Assembly: GCA_035604215.1 (NCBI GenBank)
Contig: DATNIW010000042.1
Coordinates: 1,975 to 65,974, forward strand
Direction of reading: 5' to 3'
Length of the DNA stretch: 64,000 nt
Origin: Fibrobacteria bacterium
GTDB taxonomy: Bacteria > Fibrobacterota > Fibrobacteria > UBA5070
Shown here: piece after piece, positions 37,877-46,978 of the stretch
Layout of the letters: every line of letters begins with the position of its first letter
Position numbering within the stretch: position 1 is the stretch's first letter
Position numbers and translations under genes: made by a program
The notes under the pieces: generated by a model
Seen by the model: only the letters and a program-made list of their open reading frames with translations
Told to the model about the DNA's origin: nothing
Database searches by the model: none

Positions 37877-39513
37877 CCCGGGCGGAGTCTCCGCCGATCA
37901 ACCTGCGATGGATCGGCGCCACCCGCGTCCTGACGCCGGTGGCGCTTTTCCTTTCCGCTCTCGCGATTCCCTCTCCTCCCTCGGTCTGGCTGTGGCTCTC
38001 CCTCCACGTGCTGGGGGATCTGGTCTACCTGGGAAGCCTGGTGCGCCGCAGCCGTTTCGACGAGGCTCCCCGACCCTGGCAGGATGTCCTGCTGGGGATC
38101 CTGTTCTGCATGGACGTGTGGGTGGAAACCCTGATCGTCGCCGCGGACGGAGGCCTGCTGTCGGACTTCATCCTCCTGTTCGTGCTGACCGCGACCCTCG
38201 CCGGATTCATCCTGCGCCACCGCGGGGCGATCCTGGTCTCCATCGCTTCCCTGCTCATGTTCGGGAGCCTTTCCCTGGGACACCTGGGCTGGGGATGGGA
38301 GGGGCGGAACCTGGCCACGCTCACGGTTTCCACCGTGATCCTGCGGACCTCGATGTTCGTCGGCCTGGGAACCACGGTTTCCTTCCTCACCGCCTACCTG
38401 GCGGAGACCGTCCGACGCCAGAGGGTCTTGTCCGACGACCAGGCGAGGGATCTGATGCTCGCCCGCCTGGACCTCGACGGCGTCCTGAACAGGCTCTCCT
38501 ACGGTGTGCTGGTCCTGGACTCCGACGACAAGCTCCTCTACTTCAACCAGTCGGCGTGTTCCATCCTTCGCCACCCCCTCCACCCCGGCGCGCGCCTCCA
38601 CCAGGTCCTGGCCTCCGAGGCCTGGGGTTCGGAACTGGTCGAGGCCGCCCGCGAGGTGTCGCGTGGAGCCGTGCCCAAGGCCGCCCGCGAAATCCGCGTG
38701 AACCCGTCGAGTTGGGTCCAGGTCCAGATCGCCGGACAGTGGATGGAGGGACGCCTCCGCAACGTGGTCGTGGCCCTGCACGACATCTCCGCGATCCGCA
38801 GGATGGAGGAAGAGGTCCGATCGGCCGAACGCGGCGCCACATTGGGGCACATGGCCGCCCGGATCGCCCACGAGATCCGAAACCCCCTGGCGTCCATCAC
38901 GGGGTCGGCCCAGCTCCTCGGCGAGGCCTCGGGGGGTTCCAACGACGAAGACCGTCAGCTTCTCGCGCTCATTCGGCGGGAATCCGAGCGGCTGGACAGG
39001 ATCCTCTCGGAATTCCTCGACTTTTCCCGACCGAGGGTCCCCTCGCTGCGTTCCATCGAAATCCCGGCACTCCTGGCGGAGGTCCGGGAGATGGTCGTGG
39101 CCCGGATGGTGCGGGAGGGACGCGAGGGCGTGGATGTCCGGATCAAGGTTCCATCCGTCCTGACGGCCAGCATCGACAGGGACATGCTCGTCCAGATCCT
39201 TTCAAATTTCGCCTTGAACGCGTTGCAGGCCATTCCCCCGGGCAGCCCCGGCCGGATCACCTTGGACGCGGCCTCCGACGCCGAGCAGGTCCGGTTTCGG
39301 GTGCGGGACAACGGCACGGGGATGTCCGCGGAGCTTCTGAAGAAGGTCGGCGAGGCGTTTTTCACCACTCGCCAGGGAGGTGTCGGACTGGGCGTGGCGA
39401 TTTCCCACCACCTCACCACCTTGTTGGGTGGTACATTCAGGGTCCAATCCCTGGAAGGGCGGGGCACGGTGGTGGAAGTCGCCTTTCCGCAGGAACGAAC
39501 CGACAGGACATGA
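37873..39513 (+). CDS. PilS-like membrane sensor histidine kinase (multi-TM, PAS, HisKA, HATPase)
   Basis: 3' part of ORF 34648..39513. The candidate GTG start overlaps the pilC stop (GTGA), but the start is uncertain. About 6 TM segments, a PAS-like stretch (VLVLDSDDKLLYFNQSAC), H-box HEIRNPLASI, N-box NALQAI, and DNGTGM and GGVGLG. Confidence 0.8.
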   Translation: MTRAESPPINLRWIGATRVLTPVALFLSALAIPSPPSVWLWLSLHVLGDLVYLGSLVRRSRFDEAPRPWQDVLLGILFCMDVWVETLIVAADGGLLSDFILLFVLTATLAGFILRHRGAILVSIASLLMFGSLSLGHLGWGWEGRNLATLTVSTVILRTSMFVGLGTTVSFLTAYLAETVRRQRVLSDDQARDLMLARLDLDGVLNRLSYGVLVLDSDDKLLYFNQSACSILRHPLHPGARLHQVLASEAWGSELVEAAREVSRGAVPKAAREIRVNPSSWVQVQIAGQWMEGRLRNVVVALHDISAIRRMEEEVRSAERGATLGHMAARIAHEIRNPLASITGSAQLLGEASGGSNDEDRQLLALIRRESERLDRILSEFLDFSRPRVPSLRSIEIPALLAEVREMVVARMVREGREGVDVRIKVPSVLTASIDRDMLVQILSNFALNALQAIPPGSPGRITLDAASDAEQVRFRVRDNGTGMSAELLKKVGEAFFTTRQGGVGLGVAISHHLTTLLGGTFRVQSLEGRGTVVEVAFPQERTDRT

Positions 39514-39854
39514 CGATGGAGATCAAGACCAGACGCATCGGGACCAGTCTCGTGCTCGACGTGACCGGACAGATCAAGGGTGGAGACGCTGCGGATCTGC
39601 GCACGACGATCAAGCGCTTGCAGGACGAAGGCGAATTGGATCTCCTCATCGATCTGCAGGACGTCGGGTTCATCGACTCCTCCGGGGTGGGGATGCTCAT
39701 CCATTGCCTCCAGGAGGTCCGCTCCCGAGGGGGCGACCTCCGTCTCCTCAAGCTTTCGGAAGACATCCACGACCTGTTCGAAATGGTCGCGATCGACCGC
39801 CTGTTCACCATCTTCCAGAACGAGGAAGAGGTCGTCCCTCTCGCGAAAGGCTAA
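39510..39854 (+). CDS. STAS-domain anti-sigma-factor antagonist (SpoIIAA/RsbV-like)
   Basis: 114 aa. ATGA overlap with the kinase stop. LLIDLQDVGFIDSSGVGMLI contains the conserved phosphorylatable Ser context. Confidence 0.78.
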   Translation: MTMEIKTRRIGTSLVLDVTGQIKGGDAADLRTTIKRLQDEGELDLLIDLQDVGFIDSSGVGMLIHCLQEVRSRGGDLRLLKLSEDIHDLFEMVAIDRLFTIFQNEEEVVPLAKG

Positions 39855-39895
39855 AGTTCCTCCATGCGCTTGCCGAAGAGGACTTGGAGGGAGTC

Positions 39896-40192
39896 ATGAA
39901 CGTCACCGGAATCAACTTCACCGGTGCGCCGATGCCCCTGCCCGAAGGGCAGAAAGGGGGGCCGGCGCAGCCAGGGACCCCGTCCGCGCGGAAGGATCGC
40001 GTGGACCTGTCCAAGGATTCCCGCAAGAAGGACTCCACCTCCGCCGGCATTTCCGCGGTCGCCACGGCCGGGGACCCGGTCCGGGAGGACAAGATCGTCG
40101 AGGTCCGAGCCAAGCTGGAGGCCGGTTACTACGACCAGCCGGATGTGATCGATCAAACCGCGCAGAAACTGATCGACAAAAAGCTGGTCTGA
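39896..40192 (+). CDS. FlgM-family anti-sigma-28-like protein
   Basis: 98 aa, last part of ORF 39380..40192. DRVDLSKDS...REDKIVEVRAKLEAGYYDQPDVIDQTAQKLIDKKL matches the FlgM C-terminal pattern (kV..ik..I..G.Y.vd...ia.kli). Confidence 0.6.
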   Translation: MNVTGINFTGAPMPLPEGQKGGPAQPGTPSARKDRVDLSKDSRKKDSTSAGISAVATAGDPVREDKIVEVRAKLEAGYYDQPDVIDQTAQKLIDKKLV

Positions 40193-40249
40193 TCTCGGGG
40201 CGGATTCTCGCTCCCATCCCCGATCTCCGACCAGCTTTGCGGATGGAGT

Positions 40250-40384
40250 CTATTTCTTCAGTTGGCCGAAGGCGGTGTCGGCGTGGTCGCGGTCGGGCTG
40301 TCCCGGGGTCGGCTTCGGGCCGCAGGAACCCAGCGCGATAGCGGCGATCAGGGCGGCGAAGATCAGACAGGTCGATGTTCTCAT
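40250..40384 (-). CDS. Small (44 aa) putative lipoprotein
   Basis: Too short for the ORF track. MRTSTCLIFAALIAAIALGSCGPKPTPGQPDRDHADTAFGQLKK has an LGSC lipobox. Its ATG overlaps the stop of the upstream gene (ATGA). Confidence 0.4.
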   Translation of the reverse strand: MRTSTCLIFAALIAAIALGSCGPKPTPGQPDRDHADTAFGQLKK

Positions 40385-41220
40385 GCGTTCCTCCGGTTGA
40401 ATTGCGGCCATTCCGACAGGGAATCCTCTCCCCCGCCGGGGGCTCGGGTTTCGTCCTGGGATCCCGCATGGACGAGCCTCACTCCGGCGAACCCGAAACC
40501 CGATCCCATCCGCGCGATCCAGTGGAAGAATCTACCGGGCAGATGGATCCGTTCCAATTCGATCCAACGGATGCAAGCCCGCGTGGACAGTTCGAGCAGG
40601 GTGGCGCTGTCCCTGCCGCGGATCCTGGCGCGTGGAGGCAGGGATGTTCCGGACACGAGATCCGCGAGCTTCCGGACACCATCCCGCCGCGATTGCCAAA
40701 GGATCCTGCCCGGGACGGAGACCGGATGGGGCAGCCAGATCTTGCGATCCCGCAGGAGAGGGGCGAGCATCTCCGGTGCCCATCCCATTTCGGCCAGGCA
40801 ATGGGGCACTTCCGAGGTTTCCACCAGCAGGTCTGCGCGGCGGCGCGTGGCCATGGGCCACCAGTCGGAATCCCGCAGCGGGGCCGGGGAAGTCAAGCGG
40901 ACGAGGTCCGTTCCCGGCCTGCGCGAAAGCGCCCGCAGGAGATGCCGGATTCCGTCCACCTCGGCCCGGTCGGCCTGTTCCCTGCGTCGACCTGCCGACA
41001 CCGACGCCACCACGCGATCGGCGCCGTCCAAGGCCTCTTCCAGGATGTGCCCGTGGTCCAGGGATCCCCAATGGCAGGGGATGGCCAGTCGCCAGTCGTC
41101 GGGGAAGGCCCGGGGATCGCGCGAAAACACCGAGACGTCGTGTCCCCGCGAACGGAGTTCGTCCACCAGGGGCCGACCCCAGAAGGAGGTGGCGCCGACG
41201 ACCAGGATGCGCATCGGCAC
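40381..41220 (-). CDS. NAD(P)H-binding NmrA/atypical-SDR-like protein
   Basis: 279 aa. MRILVVGATSFWGRPLVDELRSRGHDVSVFSR Rossmann motif. Confidence 0.65.
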   Translation of the reverse strand: MPMRILVVGATSFWGRPLVDELRSRGHDVSVFSRDPRAFPDDWRLAIPCHWGSLDHGHILEEALDGADRVVASVSAGRRREQADRAEVDGIRHLLRALSRRPGTDLVRLTSPAPLRDSDWWPMATRRRADLLVETSEVPHCLAEMGWAPEMLAPLLRDRKIWLPHPVSVPGRILWQSRRDGVRKLADLVSGTSLPPRARIRGRDSATLLELSTRACIRWIELERIHLPGRFFHWIARMGSGFGFAGVRLVHAGSQDETRAPGGGEDSLSEWPQFNRRNA

Positions 41221-41223
41221 CGC

Positions 41224-41964
41224 TCAGACCAGGGGCTTCTCGTTCTGGCGTTCCTCTTCCTCTTCCTCGCTGCGACGGCGGTCCCAGCGACCCGCGGCGA
41301 CCTGGAACACCACCCCCAGCAGGATGGAAGCCACGCCACCGCCGACGCAGGCGTAGACCGTTCCCGGCGACGGAACGCCCCCGGTGTGGATCTCCCAGTA
41401 TTCGGGCGCGACACCGGCGATGCCGGAGCGGGAGCTGTCGGTTTGTCGCAACGCAACGCCTTCCAGCAGGATGCGTCCACGCACTTCGCCGCCCAGATCG
41501 TCCTTCAATTTGACGGCCAGGACCTGGACCATCGCGTCGAACTGGGGTTGGAGAGTTCCCTCGGAGGCGGTTTCCGTGGAGCGAACCTTCAGCTCCCCGG
41601 CGGTGGAATCCACGCGCAGGAAACCCTGCACGACAGGCCCCAGGAAGCGGGGCTTCGCGGAAACCGCGATCAGCCGGATGGCGCCGGTGTCAGCTCCGAT
41701 CCACACCGGGAACGCGGCGAGCGGCCGCGATTTCACTCCCATGACGTTGGACTGGCGAAGCGAGGCCGTCGAAAGGTCGAAGTCGACGCTGTCGCGGAAT
41801 TTCGCCGCCTCCGGCCGGGAGGAAAGCAGCGTCTTCCCGTCCATCACCACGTCGGCGGTTCCGGCGGTCCAATTGTGGATCCCGTACCAGAGCAACGCGC
41901 CACCACCCAGGACCAGCGGGAAGGACAGGAACTTCCAGAGCGCGACGATGAATTTCATGGCCAC
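41224..41964 (-). CDS. Hypothetical bitopic membrane protein with acidic C-terminal tail
   Basis: 246 aa. N-terminal TM (FIVALWKFLSFPLVLGGGALLWYG) and a C-terminal TM (VYACVGGGVASILLGVVFQVAAG), followed by RRRSEEEEEERQ. I recognise no family. Confidence 0.5.
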   Translation of the reverse strand: MAMKFIVALWKFLSFPLVLGGGALLWYGIHNWTAGTADVVMDGKTLLSSRPEAAKFRDSVDFDLSTASLRQSNVMGVKSRPLAAFPVWIGADTGAIRLIAVSAKPRFLGPVVQGFLRVDSTAGELKVRSTETASEGTLQPQFDAMVQVLAVKLKDDLGGEVRGRILLEGVALRQTDSSRSGIAGVAPEYWEIHTGGVPSPGTVYACVGGGVASILLGVVFQVAAGRWDRRRSEEEEEERQNEKPLV

Positions 41965-42022
41965 AATCTAGTCCCGCCCACCTCCCGGGCGGGTCGCCGG
42001 GGGGGATCTTCCCCGGCGGCGA

Positions 42023-42904
42023 TCAGATCAGGAGACGGACCCGATCCTTCAGGAATTCCGGAGTCTTCCGCCGGACCACGGATTCGATCTGCGCCCTCGT
42101 GTACTTCATGCTGAAGTGCTTCAGCACCAGGTGGCGGAACCTGCAGGCGCCGGGATCCGAGGACAGGAGATCGAAGAGCTCCTGCAGGTGCAGGTGGCCT
42201 TTGGGCTTGGCCATCTCCAGGTCTTCGGGCAGGATGAAGGTGGTCTCGATCACGAGGATTTCGGAATCCAATACATGCGGCTCGCGCTCCAGGGTCCGGA
42301 CCGTGGTGTCGCCGATGAACGTCAGCCGGGGATGGAGAGTCTCGGTTTCGATTTCGACACCCTGCCGTTTCAAGGCTCCGAGCTCGTGGCCCTCGGTGCC
42401 GTGGAACTCCGGCTTCAGCTTCTTCCGGACCTCCTGGGCGGTGAATCCGAGCGACCGCACCCGGTGGTCGACGGGAAAGGTGGCCACGCGGAGTTGCCGG
42501 TTCAGTTCCACCGATCCCCGCTTGGGCAGGGGACGGAAATCGGGGACGTACTCCATCCGGTTGCGGTGTCCCTCCAGGTCGCACCAGGCCAGGGCCAGGT
42601 TGCGCAGCGGTTCCACGAGGAAGTCCGGCACGAAGTATTCCGCCGGCGGCATGTTCAGCATGCGGCGCAGTGAGAAGTGCCGCAGGAGGCCGCGTGCATG
42701 GTCTCCGTGGGAATGCGTGAGGAAGACGTGGGGAAACCGGATGGCGTCCACCGGACATTCGCCGATGTCGAAGCAGACCCTCCACTCCGGGACCATCAGG
42801 TAGGTGGCGAGGCCTCCGATGGAGAATCCCTGCAATTCCAGCCCCTCCAGGTCCATCTGGACGGGACAGGAAGGGCGATGGAGGGTGTCGAGCGTGCCGG
42901 ACAT
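42023..42904 (-). CDS. MBL-fold metallo-hydrolase (RNase Z/ElaC-like)
   Basis: 293 aa with the HVFLTHSHGDHARG metal-binding motif. Start may be the internal MDLEGLELQG (42856). Confidence 0.65.
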   Translation of the reverse strand: MSGTLDTLHRPSCPVQMDLEGLELQGFSIGGLATYLMVPEWRVCFDIGECPVDAIRFPHVFLTHSHGDHARGLLRHFSLRRMLNMPPAEYFVPDFLVEPLRNLALAWCDLEGHRNRMEYVPDFRPLPKRGSVELNRQLRVATFPVDHRVRSLGFTAQEVRKKLKPEFHGTEGHELGALKRQGVEIETETLHPRLTFIGDTTVRTLEREPHVLDSEILVIETTFILPEDLEMAKPKGHLHLQELFDLLSSDPGACRFRHLVLKHFSMKYTRAQIESVVRRKTPEFLKDRVRLLI

Positions 42905-42969
42905 GAGCCGCGCAAGATACTCCCGTTTCCGGGTCGAACCCGGAATTTGGTGCGCGGCCAGTTTCTACC

Positions 42970-44787
42970 TTGCTTCGGATGCCGGTCACCTCCGCGATCC
43001 GTCCGAACACCCGAAGGGTGCTCCGTGGCCAATCGGCGGCTCCAGGTCTCGCCCTGGGGAAGTGCATCATCCTGCACGAGGAAAAGTCGGTGGTCAACGA
43101 CCGGCTGCTGGAACCCAACGAGGTGGCTGCGGAACTCGAGAAGTTCGACGGCGCGATCGCCGAGGCGCGTGGGGAGCTCCTGGAACTGCGCGACCAGGTC
43201 CTCAAGGAGGTCGGGGCGTCGGAAGCACGCGTCTTCGAGGCCCACCTCCTCTTCCTGGACGACGTGGAGCTGATGGGTGCCGTGCGCAAGGCCGTGTCCG
43301 CCGAATCGCGCGAGGCCGGGTTCCTGCTGCGCCGCCGCTCCGAAGAGCTGATCCAGCGCCTGTCCAGGATCCCGGACGCCTATCTGCGGGAGCGGGCGAC
43401 GGACATCGAGGACGTCTCGGAACGCGTCGTCCGCCAGCTCACCAAGGGGCACCGCCGCCGCACCATCGAGATCTCCGAACCATCGGTGGTGGTGGCCCAG
43501 AACCTGAACCCCTCCACCCTCACCCAGCTGCGGGTGCGCAACGTCCTGGGCATCGCCACGGACCTGGGCGGCCCCACCTCCCACGTGGCGATCCTCGCCA
43601 GAGCACTGCACCTGCCCGCCGTCTCCGGACTTTCGACCGCCTCGACCTCCATCCGCACCGGGGACATGGTGGCCCTGGACGGGAACGCGGGCACCTTGGT
43701 GGTGAACCCGACCGAGAAGGAGCGCAAGGCCGTCGGCGACCGCCAGGAGGCCCTGCGACGGTTCGAGCTGGAACTGTTCAGCCTCCGGGACCTTCCCTCG
43801 GTGACCATGGACGGTCGGCCGGTCATGCTCTCCGCGAACATCGAACTCCCCGTGGAAGCCGAAAACGCCATTTCGGTGGGGGCGCACGGGATCGGGCTCT
43901 ACCGGACCGAGTTCATCTTCCTGCAGGGACACGTCCCGTCCGAGGAGGAGCAGCTCGGCGCCTACCGGTTCATCCTCGAGCGCATGAATCCACGGCCCGT
44001 CACGATCCGCACCCTGGACGCCGGAGGCGACAAGATCATCGACGCCCTGCAGGGCACCCACCCCGACCAGAATCCGTTCATGGGCTGGCGCAGCATCCGG
44101 ATGTGCCTGGACCGCCCCGACATCTTCCTGCCGCAGCTGCGCGCCATCCTGCGCGCATCCGCGCACGGAAACGTCCGGCTCCTGTTTCCCATGATCGCCG
44201 ACATCCACGAGCTGCGCGAAGCCAAGCGGATGCTGGGGGAGGCTCGGCGGGAACTGTCCGCGCAGGGCATCCCCTTCGCGGAGAGCATGCCCATCGGCGC
44301 CATGGTGGAAGTGCCTTCGGCCGCCCTGTGCGTCGAGACCCTGGCCCGCGAGTGCGATTTCCTGTCGGTTGGGACCAACGACCTGACCCAGTTTACCTTG
44401 GCCGTGGACCGCGGAAGCCAGCGCCTTTCCGGCCTCTACGACCCGCTCCACCCCGCCGTGCTCCGGTTGATCCAGCTCACGGTGGAAGGTTCGCGCCCGT
44501 TCGGCACTCTGGTGGAGGTCTGCGGCGAGATCGCCTCGGATCCGGTCGGAGCCATGGTCCTGGTGGGCCTGGGGGTCGACGAGCTTTCGATGAGCCCTTG
44601 GGCGATCCTGGAAGTGAAGAAGATCCTGCGATCCATCAATTGGCAGGACGCACGCGAGGCCGCACGCGAGGCCCTCCAGGCCGCAGGCACCCGGGAAGTC
44701 CGCGAAATCCTGCACGAACGGTTCAAGCGCAAACTGGGCGGCCTGGGAATGGCTTCCAGGGCGCTGGGGACCGCGCGAAAGCACTGA
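42970..44787 (+). CDS. ptsI: Phosphoenolpyruvate-protein phosphotransferase (PTS enzyme I)
   Basis: 605 aa. GGPTSHVAILARAL (active His), GIGLYRTEFIF, LSVGTNDLTQFTLAVDR and DELSMSP. Confidence 0.92.
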   Translation: MLRMPVTSAIRPNTRRVLRGQSAAPGLALGKCIILHEEKSVVNDRLLEPNEVAAELEKFDGAIAEARGELLELRDQVLKEVGASEARVFEAHLLFLDDVELMGAVRKAVSAESREAGFLLRRRSEELIQRLSRIPDAYLRERATDIEDVSERVVRQLTKGHRRRTIEISEPSVVVAQNLNPSTLTQLRVRNVLGIATDLGGPTSHVAILARALHLPAVSGLSTASTSIRTGDMVALDGNAGTLVVNPTEKERKAVGDRQEALRRFELELFSLRDLPSVTMDGRPVMLSANIELPVEAENAISVGAHGIGLYRTEFIFLQGHVPSEEEQLGAYRFILERMNPRPVTIRTLDAGGDKIIDALQGTHPDQNPFMGWRSIRMCLDRPDIFLPQLRAILRASAHGNVRLLFPMIADIHELREAKRMLGEARRELSAQGIPFAESMPIGAMVEVPSAALCVETLARECDFLSVGTNDLTQFTLAVDRGSQRLSGLYDPLHPAVLRLIQLTVEGSRPFGTLVEVCGEIASDPVGAMVLVGLGVDELSMSPWAILEVKKILRSINWQDAREAAREALQAAGTREVREILHERFKRKLGGLGMASRALGTARKH

Positions 44788-44800
44788 GGGGAATATCCGA

Positions 44801-44826
44801 CCGGGCGTCGAATCGACCGCGCCCGG
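44801..44826. terminator. GC hairpin between convergent ptsI and rpsT
   Basis: CCGGGCG-TCGAATCGACCG-CGCCCGG: a 7-bp GC stem whose loop contains its own TCGA/TCGA palindrome. No U-tract. Confidence 0.3.
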
Positions 44827-44832
44827 GAAGGC

Positions 44833-45093
44833 TCAAGCCAGCTTGGCGACCACCAGATGGGCCTTGCGCTTGTAGTTGGAGGCCGTGTTGTCCTTGATGT
44901 TCCCCTGGTTCTTGCGCGCGGCGCGGTCCAGCAGGGAGAACAGGTTGGGGAGTTCCTTGAGTGCTTCGTCCTTGGACTGCGCTCCGCGGACCTTCTTGAG
45001 CGAGGTGCGGATTTCCGAACGGACGGCGCGGTTCACGGTGCGCGCCTTTTCGGACTGGCGCAGACGCTTTTCGGCGGACTTCTTGTTGGGCAC
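44833..45093 (-). CDS. rpsT: 30S ribosomal protein S20
   Basis: 86 aa, GTG start: MPNKKSAEKRLRQSEKARTVNRAVRSEIRT... Confidence 0.93.
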   Translation of the reverse strand: MPNKKSAEKRLRQSEKARTVNRAVRSEIRTSLKKVRGAQSKDEALKELPNLFSLLDRAARKNQGNIKDNTASNYKRKAHLVVAKLA

Positions 45094-45141
45094 TGTGGGA
45101 ACCTCGATGGATTTGTAGGAACAAGTCTTAAGAGGGGGAAA

Positions 45142-45169
45142 TGTATAGTCTAGCCGAACCCCGTGTCAA
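45142..45169 (-). promoter_or_regulatory. Near-consensus sigma-70-type promoter for rpsT
   Basis: On the minus strand TTGACA-N16-TATACA. The -35 overlaps the mnmA stop codon, and the -10 lies ~50 nt upstream of the rpsT start. Confidence 0.5.
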
Positions 45170-46254
45170 CTCGAAGGCCGCGTCCGCGCCAGAACGCCCC
45201 CACCCAGGACCCGGTCCCCTTGGAAGACGACCATGCTCTGGCCGGGGGCCGGACCGAGAATGGGACTTGTCGGATGCACCAGGGTTCCGCGGGACGTCCT
45301 CTCCAGGCGACAGGGGTGGGGAGCGCTCCGGTACCGCACCTGGACCGACGTGTCCGAACGGTCCCAGGGGTCGTCGACCAGCCAGTTTTCCTGTTCGAGT
45401 TCGAGCCGATCCACATCCAAGTCCTCCTGCGGACCCAGGCGGAGGGTGTTCGAACCGGTATCCATCCCGGTGACATAGAGAGGTTCGCTCCATGCCACGC
45501 CCACGCCTCGGCGCTGCCCCAGGGTGTAGGAAGCGAGACCTTGGTGCCGGCCCAGATCCGATCCTCCGGGTCCCACGATGGGTCCGGGCTCCAGGAGCGG
45601 TGCATCCGGTCGCATTCCCCGCACCAACGCGCGGTAGTCGCCGCCGGGAACGAAACAGATGTCCTGGCTTTCGGATTTCGCGGCGGTGGGCAAAGCCGCC
45701 TGGGTGGCGAGCGACCGGATCTCGGGCTTGGAAAGATCGCCCAGGGGGAAGTCCGTGTGCTCGAGGAGCATCCGGGGAATCCCCCACAGGAAGTACGACT
45801 GGTCCTTCAAGGGGTCCGCTCCACGCAAAAGGCCTGGACCGTCGGACATGCCGCGGATGCGGGCGTAGTGCCCGGTGGAAAGGCGCCGGCATCCCAGGTC
45901 CCGAGCCCTCTCCCAGAGGGATTCCCACTTGAGGAAGGTGTTGCACCGCACGCAGGGATTGGGGGTGCGGCCCGCCAGGTACTCGGAGACGAACACGTCC
46001 ACCACCTCCCGGCGGAACTCGTCCCGCAGGTCCAGGACGAAGTGCGGGATGGCAAGCTTCTGACAGACGCGCATGGCGTCCACGGCGTGGTCGGCCGTGC
46101 AGCAGGCCTTGTCCGGGGAATCCCCGTCGCAACCGGAATCCCAGAGCTTCATGGTCAGGCCCAGCGTCCTGGCGCCGGCGCGCACCCGCAACAGGGCGGC
46201 GACGGAACTGTCGACACCGCCGGACATGGCCACCGCTTCCAGTTCGTCTCCCAT
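45166..46254 (-). CDS. mnmA: tRNA 2-thiouridine(34) synthase
   Basis: 362 aa. AMSGGVDSSVAA PP-loop, TPNPCVRCN and STGHYARI. Confidence 0.93.
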   Translation of the reverse strand: MGDELEAVAMSGGVDSSVAALLRVRAGARTLGLTMKLWDSGCDGDSPDKACCTADHAVDAMRVCQKLAIPHFVLDLRDEFRREVVDVFVSEYLAGRTPNPCVRCNTFLKWESLWERARDLGCRRLSTGHYARIRGMSDGPGLLRGADPLKDQSYFLWGIPRMLLEHTDFPLGDLSKPEIRSLATQAALPTAAKSESQDICFVPGGDYRALVRGMRPDAPLLEPGPIVGPGGSDLGRHQGLASYTLGQRRGVGVAWSEPLYVTGMDTGSNTLRLGPQEDLDVDRLELEQENWLVDDPWDRSDTSVQVRYRSAPHPCRLERTSRGTLVHPTSPILGPAPGQSMVVFQGDRVLGGGVLARTRPSS

Positions 46255-46308
46255 CGGTGGACCGGAAGATAGCTGGCTCCGGCCGCCTTGGCGCGGAGCT
46301 CCTTCGCC

Positions 46309-46965
46309 CTAGGTGGGCTGGTGCCGGGCGGTGCGCCCCTCGACCAGGTACAGCGCGTCCTCCGCGACGTTCGCCGAGAGGTCCGCCATCCGTTCCAGGT
46401 TCTTGGAGATGCGGATCAGCTCCAATCCGGTTTCCACGAGCTCGCGATCTTCCTTGATGGCCCCGATCACCAGCCGGGTCATCTCCCGGTTGAGGGCGTC
46501 CATCCGGTCGTCGCGGGCGATGGTCCTGCGGGCCAGGTCCGCGTCGCGGGTGAGGAAGGACCTGACGGAATCCGCCACCATGGAGCGCGCCAGGATGCAC
46601 ATCTCCGGGAGCTTGAGCAGGTCGGGCGGCGTGCGCAGGCCGGAAAGCCGGATGGAGGACTCGGCGATGTTCACTGCGTGGTCGCCGATGCGTTCCAGGT
46701 CCACCACGATGTCCTGCGCCGAGAGGACCTGGCGCAGGTCGCTGGCCACCGGCTGGTGCAGCGCGATGAAGTCCACGATCATCTCGTCCAGCTTGTTCTG
46801 GTCGACGTCGATGTCCTTCTCGCCGGTGAAGACCCCTTCCGCGAGCGATGGATCGCTGTTGTTCAGGCTGTCCTCCGCGGACTCCAGGACGCCGTCGACA
46901 TGACCCGCCATCTCGGCCAGGGCGGAGAGGAGGTCTTCCAGGGACTTTTCGAAGTGTCTTTCCAT
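46309..46965 (-). CDS. phoU: Phosphate signalling complex protein PhoU (copy 1)
   Basis: 218 aa. Duplicated DLERIGDHAVNIAE and NLERMADLSANVAED motifs. Confidence 0.9.
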   Translation of the reverse strand: MERHFEKSLEDLLSALAEMAGHVDGVLESAEDSLNNSDPSLAEGVFTGEKDIDVDQNKLDEMIVDFIALHQPVASDLRQVLSAQDIVVDLERIGDHAVNIAESSIRLSGLRTPPDLLKLPEMCILARSMVADSVRSFLTRDADLARRTIARDDRMDALNREMTRLVIGAIKEDRELVETGLELIRISKNLERMADLSANVAEDALYLVEGRTARHQPT

Positions 46966-46978
46966 TGCCTGCGCTCCT

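Noticed and set aside
34648-39513. 1621-aa + strand ORF
   Set aside because: It runs out of frame through pilB, pilT and pilC with an R/P/G-rich translation. Only the 3' third (from about 37873) is a real histidine kinase.
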